A stretch of DNA of 64,000 nt from NCBI GenBank assembly GCA_902771635.1, contig CACXXW010000002.1, positions 18,718 through 82,717 of the forward strand, written 5' to 3'. The notes beneath the pieces are model-generated. The model was not told the DNA's origin. It saw only the letters and a program-made list of their open reading frames with translations, and searched no databases. Below, in pieces: positions 54,310 to 64,000 of the stretch (position 1 is its first letter; each line of letters opens with the position of its first letter). Made by a program: the position numbers and the translations under genes. Source of the stretch: an uncultured Bacteroidia bacterium (lineage in GTDB: Bacteria > Bacteroidota > Bacteroidia > Bacteroidales > F082).

Positions 54310-55752
54310 ATGCTATTCAATTCGATAGAGTTTGCTATATTTCTTCCGATAGTCTTTCTGCTCTATTGGTTCGTGTTCAACCGAAATCTGAAGTTGCAGA
54401 ATCTCTTTGTCGTGGTCGTTTCCTATGTGTTCTACGGCTGGTGGGATTGGCGATTCCTTTTCTTGATGGCTTTTACTTCACTTTGTAGTTGGGGGAGTGG
54501 CTTGTTGATCGAGAAGTTTAAGGCGACGCCCAAGAAGGCAAAAGCGGTGAGCGTCTTGAACATTGTAATCAATCTGCTGATTCTAGGGGCTTTCAAATAC
54601 TATGACTTTTTTGTAGGGGCATTTGCCGATGCGTTTCTTGGAGGGAAAAAAGAAGGGCTGTTGCTCAACATCATTCTTCCCGTGGGAATCAGCTTTTATA
54701 CTTTCCAGGCTTTGAGTTATAGCATTGATGTGTATAGGGGCAAATTGAAGCCTACGCACGACATTGCTCAGTTTTTCGCTTTTGTGAGCTTCTTCCCTCA
54801 ATTGGTGGCTGGCCCTATCGAACGTGCTACAAACTTGTTGCCTCAGTTTGAGAAGCCACGAAGATTTGACTACGACACAGCCGTCGATGGTTTGCGGCAA
54901 ATCTTGTGGGGCTTGTTCAAGAAGATGGTGGTGGCTGACAATTGTGCCGTTTATGTTGATCAGGTTTTTTCCAACTATCAGTCGCAGTCGGGGAGCACGC
55001 TGTTGTTGGCGGCTGTCTTGTTTACATTCCAGATCTACGGTGACTTCTCGGGCTATTCGGATATTGCCATCGGTACGGCCAAGCTCTTTGGCATTAAGTT
55101 GATGCGCAACTTCAATGTGCCGTATTTCAGCCGTGATATTGCTGAATTTTGGCGGCGCTGGCACATCTCACTGACAACATGGTTTCGCGATTATGTCTAC
55201 ATACCCTTGGGCGGTAGCCGCGTGTCGAAAGCGAAAGTAGTGCGCAACACTTTTGTCATCTTCCTGCTAAGCGGGTTTTGGCATGGCGCCAATTGGACTT
55301 TCATTGTGTGGGGAGCCTATCATGCGTTGCTTTTCCTTCCATTGATATTGTTGGGAAAGAACCGGAAACATACCGATGTGGTGGCAACGGGGCGTTTTTT
55401 CCCTTCATTGAAAGAAATGGGCCAAATGCTGCTGACTTTCTTTCTGGCCGTGGTGGGGTGGATCGTTTTTAGGGCGAATACTATTGAAGAGGCTTGGAAC
55501 TATATATGCAGGCTGTTCAACAAGAGTTTGTTTTCGGTTCCATGGTTGGATAGCCGACATTATTATCTTCCGGTAATAATAAGCATCGTGCTGATGCTTG
55601 TGGTCGAATGGCTTCAACGCAACAAGGAACATGCCTTCGATTTGAGTGGTATAAAGAGCCATGTGCTGAAGTTTGGCATCTATTATGTGATGGTTGCCGC
55701 ATTGTTCTGGTTTGGTGGTCGTGCCGAGAGTTTTATATATTTCCAATTTTGA
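54310..55752 (+). CDS. MBOAT-family membrane O-acyltransferase (AlgI/DltB-like)
   Basis: 480 aa, polytopic. FWRRWHISLTTWFRDYVYIPLGG and FLLSGFWHG (catalytic His). Confidence 0.85.
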   Translation: MLFNSIEFAIFLPIVFLLYWFVFNRNLKLQNLFVVVVSYVFYGWWDWRFLFLMAFTSLCSWGSGLLIEKFKATPKKAKAVSVLNIVINLLILGAFKYYDFFVGAFADAFLGGKKEGLLLNIILPVGISFYTFQALSYSIDVYRGKLKPTHDIAQFFAFVSFFPQLVAGPIERATNLLPQFEKPRRFDYDTAVDGLRQILWGLFKKMVVADNCAVYVDQVFSNYQSQSGSTLLLAAVLFTFQIYGDFSGYSDIAIGTAKLFGIKLMRNFNVPYFSRDIAEFWRRWHISLTTWFRDYVYIPLGGSRVSKAKVVRNTFVIFLLSGFWHGANWTFIVWGAYHALLFLPLILLGKNRKHTDVVATGRFFPSLKEMGQMLLTFFLAVVGWIVFRANTIEEAWNYICRLFNKSLFSVPWLDSRHYYLPVIISIVLMLVVEWLQRNKEHAFDLSGIKSHVLKFGIYYVMVAALFWFGGRAESFIYFQF

Positions 55753-55758
55753 ACCATT

Positions 55759-56706
55759 GTGAAAAAGTTTATAGTCCGTTTTCTGATTTGGTTTATGATC
55801 CTTCTTCTGACCTCCATCCTTGTTGATTGGATGGTGTCGTCAGGATTGAGAAAAACGGATATTAGGAGGTATGCGGTATGGAATGATATTTATGGAGGCG
55901 AGATCAATGCTGACTTGGTGGTGTTGGGTAACTCACAAGCTTGGGGCAGTTACAATACGTTTATAATGGACTCAATGTTGGGCCTTAACACCTATAATTT
56001 GGGTATAGATGGCCATACGCTGCGTTATCAATTGATTCGTTATGAGACTTATAGGCGTTTTAATCCCCAGCCGAAAGTGATTCTACTCAATGTTTGCTTT
56101 TTTGGCACGTTTTCAATTATGGCAGATGAAGCGTATGATCGGGAACAATTCTTCCCATATATTAACGATGAGACTTTGATTTCACAGGTGGCAGAGGCGA
56201 AGCATATCACATGGTTAGACAGACACCTTCCTCTTTACCGTTATTTTGGCTATCGTGAAGACTTTGAAAATGGCGTATCCGCTTTTTGGGGGAATTCTGA
56301 TTTTCAAGATGGCGGGATGCATAAGGGTTTTAGAGGAAATGATAATTCATGGTCATCAGAAGGGATACCCGAGAAAGTGTGCGATTCTATTGATATGAAG
56401 TTGGTGGATGAGTTGGAAAGGTTTGCTGAAAATTGTGATAGAGAAAAAATAAAATTGGTTTTTGTGAAATATCCAATGTGTTATCCCATTTTGGAGCATG
56501 TTGGAAATCTTAGGGAAAGTGATTCCATTTTTGAAACGGTCGCAGGTAGATACAATATGCCGATATTGGATTTTTACCATTCCGACATTTCAAGAGACTC
56601 AACCAATTATTATAATTACAGCCATTTGAATAGTAAAGGCGCAGAGTTGTTTACTATTGAACTGTGTCGTAAACTTGATTCGATTGGCATTAGGAACCTC
56701 CTATGA
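55759..56706 (+). CDS. Membrane-anchored partner of MBOAT (SGNH/DltD-like, tentative)
   Basis: GTG start, N-terminal TM, VVLGNSQAWGS block. Assignment comes mainly from position after the MBOAT gene. Confidence 0.4.
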   Translation: MKKFIVRFLIWFMILLLTSILVDWMVSSGLRKTDIRRYAVWNDIYGGEINADLVVLGNSQAWGSYNTFIMDSMLGLNTYNLGIDGHTLRYQLIRYETYRRFNPQPKVILLNVCFFGTFSIMADEAYDREQFFPYINDETLISQVAEAKHITWLDRHLPLYRYFGYREDFENGVSAFWGNSDFQDGGMHKGFRGNDNSWSSEGIPEKVCDSIDMKLVDELERFAENCDREKIKLVFVKYPMCYPILEHVGNLRESDSIFETVAGRYNMPILDFYHSDISRDSTNYYNYSHLNSKGAELFTIELCRKLDSIGIRNLL

Positions 56707-57620
56707 GTGTAAAGCTGTTTGTAGTTATTGTCACCTATAAAGGCCAGCAATGGTATGACCGTTGCTTTGGCTCATTGCGTGAATCCACCATTCCTGTGCA
56801 GACCATTGTGGTCGACAATGCCTCCAATGATGGCACGGTGGAATATATCCGAGAACACTATCCCGAGATCCATCTAATAGAGTCGAAGGAAAATTTGGGC
56901 TTTGGTCGCGCCAACAATATTGCGATGCGCTACGCTATGGATCATGGATGCGACTATGTGTTTTTGCTCAACCAAGACGCTTGGGTGGAGAAGGATACGT
57001 TAGAGAATTTGGTGGACATTCATCAGAGGCATTTGGAATATGGCTTGTTGGGTCCGGTGCAGGTGAATGCGGAGAAGACGAAAGTGTTGAATGGCGTTGT
57101 CAAGTTTCTTGTCAATCCCGACAATGTGAATTTGAGGCTTTTCAGCGACTTGATGATGGGGACGGTTGACGAAGTGTATTCCGTGGCCGAAATCAATGCA
57201 GCGGCGTGGTTGCTGCCTCGAACAACGTTGGAGACAGTGGGAGGTTTCGACCCGCTGTATTTGCATTATGGAGAGGATTGGAACTATTTGAGCCGAGTGC
57301 TTTATCATCGACTGAAAGTGGGTTTGACACCTCATGTCATGGTTGTGCATGATTGCAAAGACCGAGTGGAACAGCCCAAAGGATATGGGATGGCTTTCGA
57401 CAAATGGCTGCTGCAACGTGCTACTGATATCCAATATCCTGATACACAGGTCGATGATATGATGCGGCATTATCGAAGAACGGCAGTGGTGAAATTACTG
57501 ACTTTCCACAAGGCCACATTCAAGGAGAATTGGGATGCATATCGCTATTTGCGTGAACATAAGGATAGCATCGAGCAATCGAGGCAGCAGAACAAGAAAA
57601 AAGGTGCAAACTGGTTGTGA
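56703..57620 (+). CDS. Glycosyltransferase family 2
   Basis: VVIVTYKG, VVDNASNDGT, NLGFGRANN and the YGEDWN motif. Confidence 0.8.
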   Translation: MSVKLFVVIVTYKGQQWYDRCFGSLRESTIPVQTIVVDNASNDGTVEYIREHYPEIHLIESKENLGFGRANNIAMRYAMDHGCDYVFLLNQDAWVEKDTLENLVDIHQRHLEYGLLGPVQVNAEKTKVLNGVVKFLVNPDNVNLRLFSDLMMGTVDEVYSVAEINAAAWLLPRTTLETVGGFDPLYLHYGEDWNYLSRVLYHRLKVGLTPHVMVVHDCKDRVEQPKGYGMAFDKWLLQRATDIQYPDTQVDDMMRHYRRTAVVKLLTFHKATFKENWDAYRYLREHKDSIEQSRQQNKKKGANWL

Positions 57621-57630
57621 TTAGACTAAA

Positions 57631-58587
57631 TTGTTAGGGATGATGGAAGTGGGCAGAAAAATACTGATTGCCCTTAAAGGGAAGAAAAGTTTCACATACG
57701 AGGAGAACCAAGTGCCTCTGACCGAGCCTTCCGAAGCACAACGGTTGATACATGGGATGCTTCTCTCCGACAAGCCTTGCATGATAGCCCGTTTCGGATC
57801 GGTAGAGTTGCAGGCTGTCGTAGATTATATGTTTCCGCCTACAGCGAAAAATGCTATTCGGTTTGTGAAAGGAGAAATACCTTCCTGGGGCTATGCTCCG
57901 AGTACCAAACGAACGATGCATATCAACGCGGGCTTTTTCCCCGCGACGAAACCAATGCTCGATCGCTTTGGCCAGTTGATGCAGGAGTGTATGCCTCTGG
58001 TAGATATGCTGGGAAGTTGGCGGAAAGAAGAAGCTGCGGTAATGCATTATTTGCCTCAAACGATTCGCGTCCCGTTGTATGCCTTGGAGCCTTATTATTT
58101 CGATAACCCTTGGACGCCTGCATTGGAAGGCAAGAAGGTGCTGGTTATCCATCCATTTGAAGACACAATTAGGAAACAGCATGAAAAAGGCTGCTACGAG
58201 CATCTGTTTGCCGACAAACGGTTGACACCTAACTATGAACTACAAACACTCAAAGCCGTTCAATCCATCGCAGGTAACAAACCAGAAGGCTTCGATGATT
58301 GGTTTCAAGCCTTGCAGTGGATGGAGACTGAGATTGACAAACGTGATTTTGATATTGCCATCATCGGTTGTGGTGCATATGGATTTCCATTGGCGGCTTA
58401 TGTAAAGCGAATAGGGAAGAAGGCTGTGCATCTAGGAGGCGCTGCGCAATATTTGTTCGGAATACGATCCAATGCGTCTGAAAGCAAGAAAAACTTGGCG
58501 AATCTCATTAATGAGAAGTGGGTTCGGCCAAGTCAGGCCGAAACGCCAATGGGAATTGAAAAAGTTGAAAACTCAAGGTATTGGTAA
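57631..58587 (+). CDS. Uncharacterised protein, weak resemblance to GT-D (DUF1792) glycosyltransferases
   Basis: ARFGSVELQAV and IIGCGAYGFPLAAYVKRIGKKAVHLGG patterns. Low certainty. Confidence 0.35.
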   Translation: MLGMMEVGRKILIALKGKKSFTYEENQVPLTEPSEAQRLIHGMLLSDKPCMIARFGSVELQAVVDYMFPPTAKNAIRFVKGEIPSWGYAPSTKRTMHINAGFFPATKPMLDRFGQLMQECMPLVDMLGSWRKEEAAVMHYLPQTIRVPLYALEPYYFDNPWTPALEGKKVLVIHPFEDTIRKQHEKGCYEHLFADKRLTPNYELQTLKAVQSIAGNKPEGFDDWFQALQWMETEIDKRDFDIAIIGCGAYGFPLAAYVKRIGKKAVHLGGAAQYLFGIRSNASESKKNLANLINEKWVRPSQAETPMGIEKVENSRYW

Positions 58588-58599
58588 AAGATAAACGAA

Positions 58600-59259
58600 A
58601 TGGGTTTGAGGAGTAAAATTAGGAAGGCAAAGACGTTCTTTACCAAATACGATGTTCTGAAAACCATTTATTGGAGGTTTCGGTTGCATCTGCCGCGTAG
58701 TGCATCTTTTCATATATGCCCTAAATCAATCGTTTCGATTGCCAAGAATGCTGATGTGAGAATTGAATCAGGCGAGTTGGCAATCAATGACACATGGTTT
58801 GCTACAAGAAAGCGCCGTTATGTGTCTGAGTTTAGGCTTGATAGGGATAGTACTTTCATCTGTAAAGGGGATTTTATGCTATTCCAAGGTGCATCAATCT
58901 ATGTGGCACCTGGTGCCAAGTTGGTGTTACATGGAGGTTGGTCTTTTCTCAATACCAATTCAACCTTGAACTGCTTTCATCATATTGAGATTGGAAAAAG
59001 GTGTTCTATATCCGACAATGTGAGCATTGCCGATTCCGATTCCCATTGTATTGATGGCAACAAGGAAAAGGTGACTGCACCTGTCATCATCGGCGACCAT
59101 GTTTGGATAGGGAAAAATGCAACTATATTGAAAGGTGTCACTATTGGAAGCGGAGCAGTGGTGGGGGCAGGTTCGTTGGTGACAAAAGATGTGCCTAACA
59201 ATACCGTTGTGGTAGGCAATCCGGCTAAACCTATTAAAAAAATTGTAAATTGGGAATGA
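58600..59259 (+). CDS. Hexapeptide-repeat O-acetyltransferase
   Basis: [36 protein letters not shown]. Confidence 0.75.
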   Translation: MGLRSKIRKAKTFFTKYDVLKTIYWRFRLHLPRSASFHICPKSIVSIAKNADVRIESGELAINDTWFATRKRRYVSEFRLDRDSTFICKGDFMLFQGASIYVAPGAKLVLHGGWSFLNTNSTLNCFHHIEIGKRCSISDNVSIADSDSHCIDGNKEKVTAPVIIGDHVWIGKNATILKGVTIGSGAVVGAGSLVTKDVPNNTVVVGNPAKPIKKIVNWE

Positions 59260-60230
59260 GCGATTTCCGTACTCCCATACTCGTCGTCACTTTTAACCGT
59301 CCCGAGCATACGCGACGGGTGTTGGAAGCCATCATGGCTGCCCAACCCCGAGATTTGTATGTGTTTCAAGACGGTGCTCGGGTGGGAAATGGGAATGATT
59401 TGAAGAAATGTGCTGAGGTCAGGCAAGTGGTGAAAAGCTTGACAGAGGGCACTAATGTTTGCCTGCACACATTGTTTTCTGAGAAAAACTTAGGCTGTGG
59501 TCCAGGACCTATGACAGCGCTTAATTGGTTTTTCTCAGAAAATGAAATGGGAATTGTTTTGGAAGACGATGCGGTCCCACATCCCGATTTTTTCCCTTAT
59601 GCGGAAGAACTGCTGCTGAAATATAAGGATGATGCATCGGTATGTGCCATTGGGAGCATGAATGTGGACACACAGAGATGGGGTGATGGATCCTATTATT
59701 TCAGTATGATGAATCGCAACCTATGTGCATGGGCCACGTGGCGCCGTGTATGGGAACGATTCGACCTTCGCTTGTTGGATGTCTCGCGTCAACAATTGGG
59801 CAAGGCATTGAGCTGGTATGGCTGTGGCGCTTTGGAGCGCGAATATTGGTGCGACCGTCTTGGTGAAGTGCATAAAGACGGATGTGGCGGACGTAGTTGG
59901 GATATGCAGTTCTTCATGTCGATTTGGCTGCATCATGGAAAAGGAATTATTCCCAATGTGAATTTGTCAAGCAATATTGGAACAGTAGGAGAGGCCACGC
60001 ATAGAATGCGTGCGGGTAATTTGATTGATAATGTACCGACACAACCTGTTTTGCCTCTTGTCCATCCATCTTCATGTGAGATTCAAAGGGAAGCCGACCG
60101 CCAGTTCCATTTTCGGTATTTTGAACCTGGAAAATCGGGTTGGGGAAAAGCAAAGACACATTATCATTTGTTGAACAAAAGGCTGAAGAGACTCGTAGGG
60201 CATCAAGGGCCTTGGTTGAAAAGGAAATGA
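59256..60230 (+). CDS. GT-A fold nucleotide-diphospho-sugar transferase (GnT-I/GT13-like)
   Basis: [16 protein letters not shown] and VLEDDAVP (EDD). ATGA overlap with the preceding gene. Confidence 0.5.
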   Translation: MSDFRTPILVVTFNRPEHTRRVLEAIMAAQPRDLYVFQDGARVGNGNDLKKCAEVRQVVKSLTEGTNVCLHTLFSEKNLGCGPGPMTALNWFFSENEMGIVLEDDAVPHPDFFPYAEELLLKYKDDASVCAIGSMNVDTQRWGDGSYYFSMMNRNLCAWATWRRVWERFDLRLLDVSRQQLGKALSWYGCGALEREYWCDRLGEVHKDGCGGRSWDMQFFMSIWLHHGKGIIPNVNLSSNIGTVGEATHRMRAGNLIDNVPTQPVLPLVHPSSCEIQREADRQFHFRYFEPGKSGWGKAKTHYHLLNKRLKRLVGHQGPWLKRK

Positions 60231-60877
60231 GAATCAAGTACTATATCCAAAAATTATTGGGTCGTTGGCTTGACCGACCGATTATTCCCATTGGCAAGAC
60301 GACGGGTTATTCTTTGGTGCGTTCCGAAAAAGCGTATACTGAATTTGGAAATCATACCAATGTGTTGGCTCCATTTTTTCTGCATCGGGTACGGTTGGGT
60401 GATTATTCGTATATTGCTAAAAACTCGAATGTCTCCAATTGTGTTATTGGCAAGTTCTGCTCCATAGGGCCGAATTTTTGTTGTGGTTTGGGTATCCATC
60501 CTACAAATGGGATTTCTACAGCCCCTATGTTCTATTCCACAGCGAGACAGAATGGGGTGTCGTTGTGCAACGGATGCAAGATTGAGGAATCAAAGCAAAC
60601 GACAATCGGCAATGATGTCTTTATTGGTGCCAATGTTACTTTGCTTGATGGTGTGAAGGTGGGAGACGGCGCCGTGATCGGAGCAGGTGCGGTAGTAACG
60701 AAAGATATTCCTCCGTATGCTGTTGCGGTTGGTGTACCAGCCAAAGTGGTAAAATATCGTTTTGATGAACACACGATAAAAGCCTTGCTTGAAAGGCAGT
60801 GGTGGAATGGAACGGAAGAAGATTTGAAAAAGATAGAACGGGATTTCTGGGATGTTGAAGCATTCTTAAAAGAATAG
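60227..60877 (+). CDS. XAT-class (CatB/Vat-like) hexapeptide acetyltransferase
   Basis: [63 protein letters not shown], and a QWWN tail. ATGA overlap. Confidence 0.8.
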   Translation: MRIKYYIQKLLGRWLDRPIIPIGKTTGYSLVRSEKAYTEFGNHTNVLAPFFLHRVRLGDYSYIAKNSNVSNCVIGKFCSIGPNFCCGLGIHPTNGISTAPMFYSTARQNGVSLCNGCKIEESKQTTIGNDVFIGANVTLLDGVKVGDGAVIGAGAVVTKDIPPYAVAVGVPAKVVKYRFDEHTIKALLERQWWNGTEEDLKKIERDFWDVEAFLKE

Positions 60878-60879
60878 CT

Positions 60880-61725
60880 ATGAAACTATCCATTATTACT
60901 ATCAATCGCAACAATGCCGCTGGTCTTGAAAAGACCATGCAGAGCGTAGCAGCTCAAACCTATAAGGAATTTGAGTACATTATTGTTGATGGTGCCTCCA
61001 CCGATGGCGGTGTTGAGGTTATTAAATCATTTGAATCAAAATTCGGGCATCTGAAATGGGTGTCAGAACCGGATTCGGGTATTTATAACGCCATGAATAA
61101 GGGCATCCGCATGGCTTCGGGTGATTATATACAAATCCTTAATTCGGGTGACAGCTTGGCAAAGGAGGACGTGACCGAACGCATGTTGTCTGCATTAGAG
61201 GAGACAAATGCCCCCTCGGTTTTATACGGTAATATGGTCAAATGCTTTCCGGATGGTTATAGGATGGTGGACAAAAGTTTTGCAGGACAGGAAATCACCA
61301 TGCTCGGGATGTATACGGGAACGTTGAACCACGACCCAGCTTATATCCGTCGTGATTTGTTCGATAAATATGGCTATTATGACGAGAGCCTGAAAATTGT
61401 TTCAGATTGGAAATGGTATCTGCAAGCCATCATATTGGGAGACGAAAAACCTAAATATGTGGATATGGATGTTACCTTGTTTGACATGACGGGAATTAGC
61501 GAAACCAGCAAGGAATTGGATAAAGAAGAGCGGAAGAAGGTGTTGGAGCAATTGTTTCCTGAGGCTGTCTTGAAAGATTATGAGCGATATGTTTTTCCTA
61601 TCGAACAGATCAATCGTTTGCAAAGACATCCATGGAGTTATAAGATGATGTCGTTTCTAGAGCGTTGTTTGTTCAAGTTGGAGAAAAAGAAACATAAAAA
61701 ATCAAATATTTCACAGTATAAATGA
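60880..61725 (+). CDS. Glycosyltransferase family 2
   Basis: LSIITINRNN, VDGASTDG and NSGD. Confidence 0.8.
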   Translation: MKLSIITINRNNAAGLEKTMQSVAAQTYKEFEYIIVDGASTDGGVEVIKSFESKFGHLKWVSEPDSGIYNAMNKGIRMASGDYIQILNSGDSLAKEDVTERMLSALEETNAPSVLYGNMVKCFPDGYRMVDKSFAGQEITMLGMYTGTLNHDPAYIRRDLFDKYGYYDESLKIVSDWKWYLQAIILGDEKPKYVDMDVTLFDMTGISETSKELDKEERKKVLEQLFPEAVLKDYERYVFPIEQINRLQRHPWSYKMMSFLERCLFKLEKKKHKKSNISQYK

Positions 61726-62684
61726 GATTTTCCGTCATCATCCCGGTATATAACAAATCCCCTTACGTTGCCAAAGCTATCGGAAGCGTATTGGCTCAAT
61801 CATTCAAGGATTTTGAGCTGATCATTGTAGATGACGGAAGCAAGGACGGTTCTTATGAGGTTGCTTCGAATGCCATAGAAGGCCATCGTTCTACATGTCG
61901 CTTGTGTCGCCAGGAGAACGCAGGGGTGAGTATGGCTCGTAACAACGGCGTAGCCGCTTCACAAGGGGATTACGTTTGCTTTTTGGATGCTGATGACTGG
62001 TGGGAACCTACTTTCCTTGAAGAAATGGATAATTTGATTGTTGAGTTTCCTGAAGCTGGCATTTACGGCACCAATTACACAATCGTGAATGAAGCAAGAC
62101 ATAAGACTCGTGTGGCTTCGATAGGCGTTGAAGAAGGCTTTGTGAAAGGGTATATCAATTATTGTCAAGTGTATGCCAAGACCATGTATATGCCTCTGTG
62201 GACAGGAGCAGTGTGTATTCCGAAAGGCGTATTTGATGAAATGCAAGGCTTTCCGAGAGGAATCAAGCTAGGTGAGGATTTTTTGCTTTGGGTTAGGATA
62301 GCATTGAAATACAAGGTGGCGTTTGTTAACAAGCCCTTGGCCTATTACAATCAAGATGTTGATGGAGCCAACCGTGGGGTAGGCCGACTTCACAACCCCA
62401 AGGATCACATGCTTTGGAATCTGGGGCTTTTAGAGGGGGAAGAGAAATGCAATCATGACTTTAAGCAATTGATCGACAATCTACGTACATACGGTTTGAT
62501 GCCCTATTATCTCTCTGCTGAATTTCATGAAGATGCCAAACGTGAATTGGCAAAGGTGAATTGGGAGTTGCAACCTAAACAAATAAGAAAGCAATATAAA
62601 AAGCCATTGTTCATGCTGAAAGCTGAGAATTTGATGAAGATGGTTGGATCTAAAGTAAAGCAGAAACTGCTCTCAAAAAGGTAG
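61722..62684 (+). CDS. Glycosyltransferase family 2
   Basis: FSVIIPVYNK, VDDGSKDGS and LDADDWW. Confidence 0.8.
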   Translation: MRFSVIIPVYNKSPYVAKAIGSVLAQSFKDFELIIVDDGSKDGSYEVASNAIEGHRSTCRLCRQENAGVSMARNNGVAASQGDYVCFLDADDWWEPTFLEEMDNLIVEFPEAGIYGTNYTIVNEARHKTRVASIGVEEGFVKGYINYCQVYAKTMYMPLWTGAVCIPKGVFDEMQGFPRGIKLGEDFLLWVRIALKYKVAFVNKPLAYYNQDVDGANRGVGRLHNPKDHMLWNLGLLEGEEKCNHDFKQLIDNLRTYGLMPYYLSAEFHEDAKRELAKVNWELQPKQIRKQYKKPLFMLKAENLMKMVGSKVKQKLLSKR

Positions 62685-62715
62685 TTGCTTTAGTTAAAGT
62701 TTGTTGGTTGGAGTT

Positions 62716-63435
62716 ATGATCCCTAAAAAGATACATTATTGTTGGTTTGGGCGAGGTGAGATGCCTGAATTGGCAAAGGACTGCATAGCCTCATGGCATA
62801 AATATATGCCCGACTATGAATATAAGCTGTGGAACGAGGAAAATTTCGACGTAAATTTCGTTCCCTACACCAAAGAGGCTTATGAAGTTCGTAAGTTTGC
62901 TTTTGTAAGCGATTATGTGCGTCTTTGGGCTTTGGAGCAGGAGGGCGGAATTTACATGGATGTTGATTTTGAGGTTTTTAAACCATTTGATGACCTGCTG
63001 TCTTGGAGGTCGTTTGCTGGTTTTGAGGGCAGTAAGCATAGCCCTTTGATGATGGGTGTGATAGCAAGCGAAGCTCATGGCGAATGGGTAACGGAGATGT
63101 TGGAAGCCTATCAAGGACGGCATTTTCTGAATGCTGACGGCACGCCTGACCTGACTACCAACGTCCAATTTGTCACAGCCAAGATGCAGAGGAATGGTTT
63201 TGTGCAGAATGGCATGGAACAAGACTATAAAGACCTGCATGTCTTTCCGGTGGAGTATTTTTGCCCACGACAGACCACCGGAGAATATCTGTGTACGGAA
63301 AACACATTTTGCGAGCATCGAGGCTTAGGCTCATGGGATGAAAATGATGCTGGCTGGAAAGCGAGAATTTGCAAAATCGTCGGACAAAAAAACATGACCC
63401 GATTGATAAAGTTTAAGAGACGCATTCTTGGGTAG
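62716..63435 (+). CDS. Glycosyltransferase family 32 (OCH1/capsular synthesis type)
   Basis: IPKKIHYCWFG, SDYVRLWAL and GGIYMDVD. Confidence 0.7.
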   Translation: MIPKKIHYCWFGRGEMPELAKDCIASWHKYMPDYEYKLWNEENFDVNFVPYTKEAYEVRKFAFVSDYVRLWALEQEGGIYMDVDFEVFKPFDDLLSWRSFAGFEGSKHSPLMMGVIASEAHGEWVTEMLEAYQGRHFLNADGTPDLTTNVQFVTAKMQRNGFVQNGMEQDYKDLHVFPVEYFCPRQTTGEYLCTENTFCEHRGLGSWDENDAGWKARICKIVGQKNMTRLIKFKRRILG

Positions 63436-63447
63436 ACTGATATTGAG

Positions 63448-63455
63448 TATTTTTG
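63448..63455 (+). promoter_or_regulatory. -7 box TATTTTTG
   Basis: Lies 23 nt upstream of the ATG at 63478. Confidence 0.4.
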
Positions 63456-63477
63456 CAACGAATTTGAAAACAAAGAT

Positions 63478-64000
63478 ATGCTGACTTATTTCCCCAATTA
63501 TTTCTCGAGGCGTGCTATCTTGTGCTACACTATTACCTTAGCCTTGGTAAGTGCCTTGTTCATGAATCATATGCTCCCTCTCAAGTTTGTTGTGTTTGGC
63601 TTTGCTGCAGTGATTCTGTTCTTTACATTTGCCAGCAAACTGACGATGAGATGGGGACAGTGTCCTGAGCAAGTATACCGAAGGAGGGTGTTCCTCACGG
63701 CATTGGTGATCCGCCTTGTATATGTGATATTTATTTATTTCTATTATATTAGTGAGACTGAGATACCACATGCCTATTATGCAGGTGATGAGCTCTTGTA
63801 TCAGGATGTGGCGCAAAGGTGGTATGAAGGCAGCTACGAGGAATTCCACAATTACCTTCGTAGTTATATTGACTACTCTGATTCAGGCTATTGCTGGTGG
63901 TTGGCAATCTTGTATTTGCCTTTTGGCCCCCATGTGTTGGTGGGACGTGTAGTGAAGTGCTTCATTGATGCATTTACCTGCCTGTTGCTCTACAATTTGG
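63478..64000 (+). CDS. Polytopic membrane protein, possibly a GT-C fold glycosyltransferase (N-terminal part; runs off the window)
   Basis: Hand translation from ATG 63478 is open to the window end (MLTYFPNYFSRRAILCYTITLALV...). Several TM segments and a loop AGDELLYQDVAQRW reminiscent of ArnT/PMT DE motifs. Not in the ORF track because it is truncated. Confidence 0.45.
   Translation, partial: MLTYFPNYFSRRAILCYTITLALVSALFMNHMLPLKFVVFGFAAVILFFTFASKLTMRWGQCPEQVYRRRVFLTALVIRLVYVIFIYFYYISETEIPHAYYAGDELLYQDVAQRWYEGSYEEFHNYLRSYIDYSDSGYCWWLAILYLPFGPHVLVGRVVKCFIDAFTCLLLYNL

Overview
This 64-kb window looks like a chromosomal segment of a Bacteroidota genome, probably Bacteroidales and Prevotella-like. 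The evidence is TAnnTTTG -7 promoter boxes in front of most transcription units, an ssrA gene with tag GENNYALAA, T9SS components (PorX, PorT-like barrels, a CTD-bearing cargo protease), and bamD-rpoZ-DUF4835-recN and lpxD/lpxC/lpxA synteny. All calls come from reading the sequence and the ORF track and recognising motifs; no searches were run.

Layout:
- 1-43.9 kb is mostly housekeeping: guaB, ssrA, three tRNAs, ubiE, GT9, an aminotransferase, lpx genes, a serpin, recN, an M14 peptidase, dapA, an HD hydrolase, porX, and tsaE-aroB-aroA. Small accessory inserts interrupt it: a 3-gene cassette (DUF5131, YqiA-like esterase, small membrane protein) bracketed by ~155-nt direct repeats next to ssrA, and an AT-rich AbiEi/AbiEii module between tRNA-Val and tRNA-Glu.
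- 44-64 kb is one long same-strand glycan locus: WbpD/WbpE-like genes, an atypical initiating sugar transferase, Wzm/Wzt ABC exporter, about 10 glycosyltransferases, LicD, MBOAT and three hexapeptide acetyltransferases.
- Several families of short palindromic (REP-like) repeats sit at operon borders. Three have invaded the aro operon: one supplies the 5' end of the aroB ORF, one forms a cloverleaf-like structure over the aroA start codon, and one is inserted in frame inside aroA.

I found no CRISPR array, integrase, transposase or rRNA. I cannot point to one clear novel system. The best candidates for follow-up are the repeat-bracketed cassette, the SPFH/zinc-ribbon plus Tim44-like pair, the repeat-remodelled aro operon, and the ABC-transporter-dependent glycan locus.
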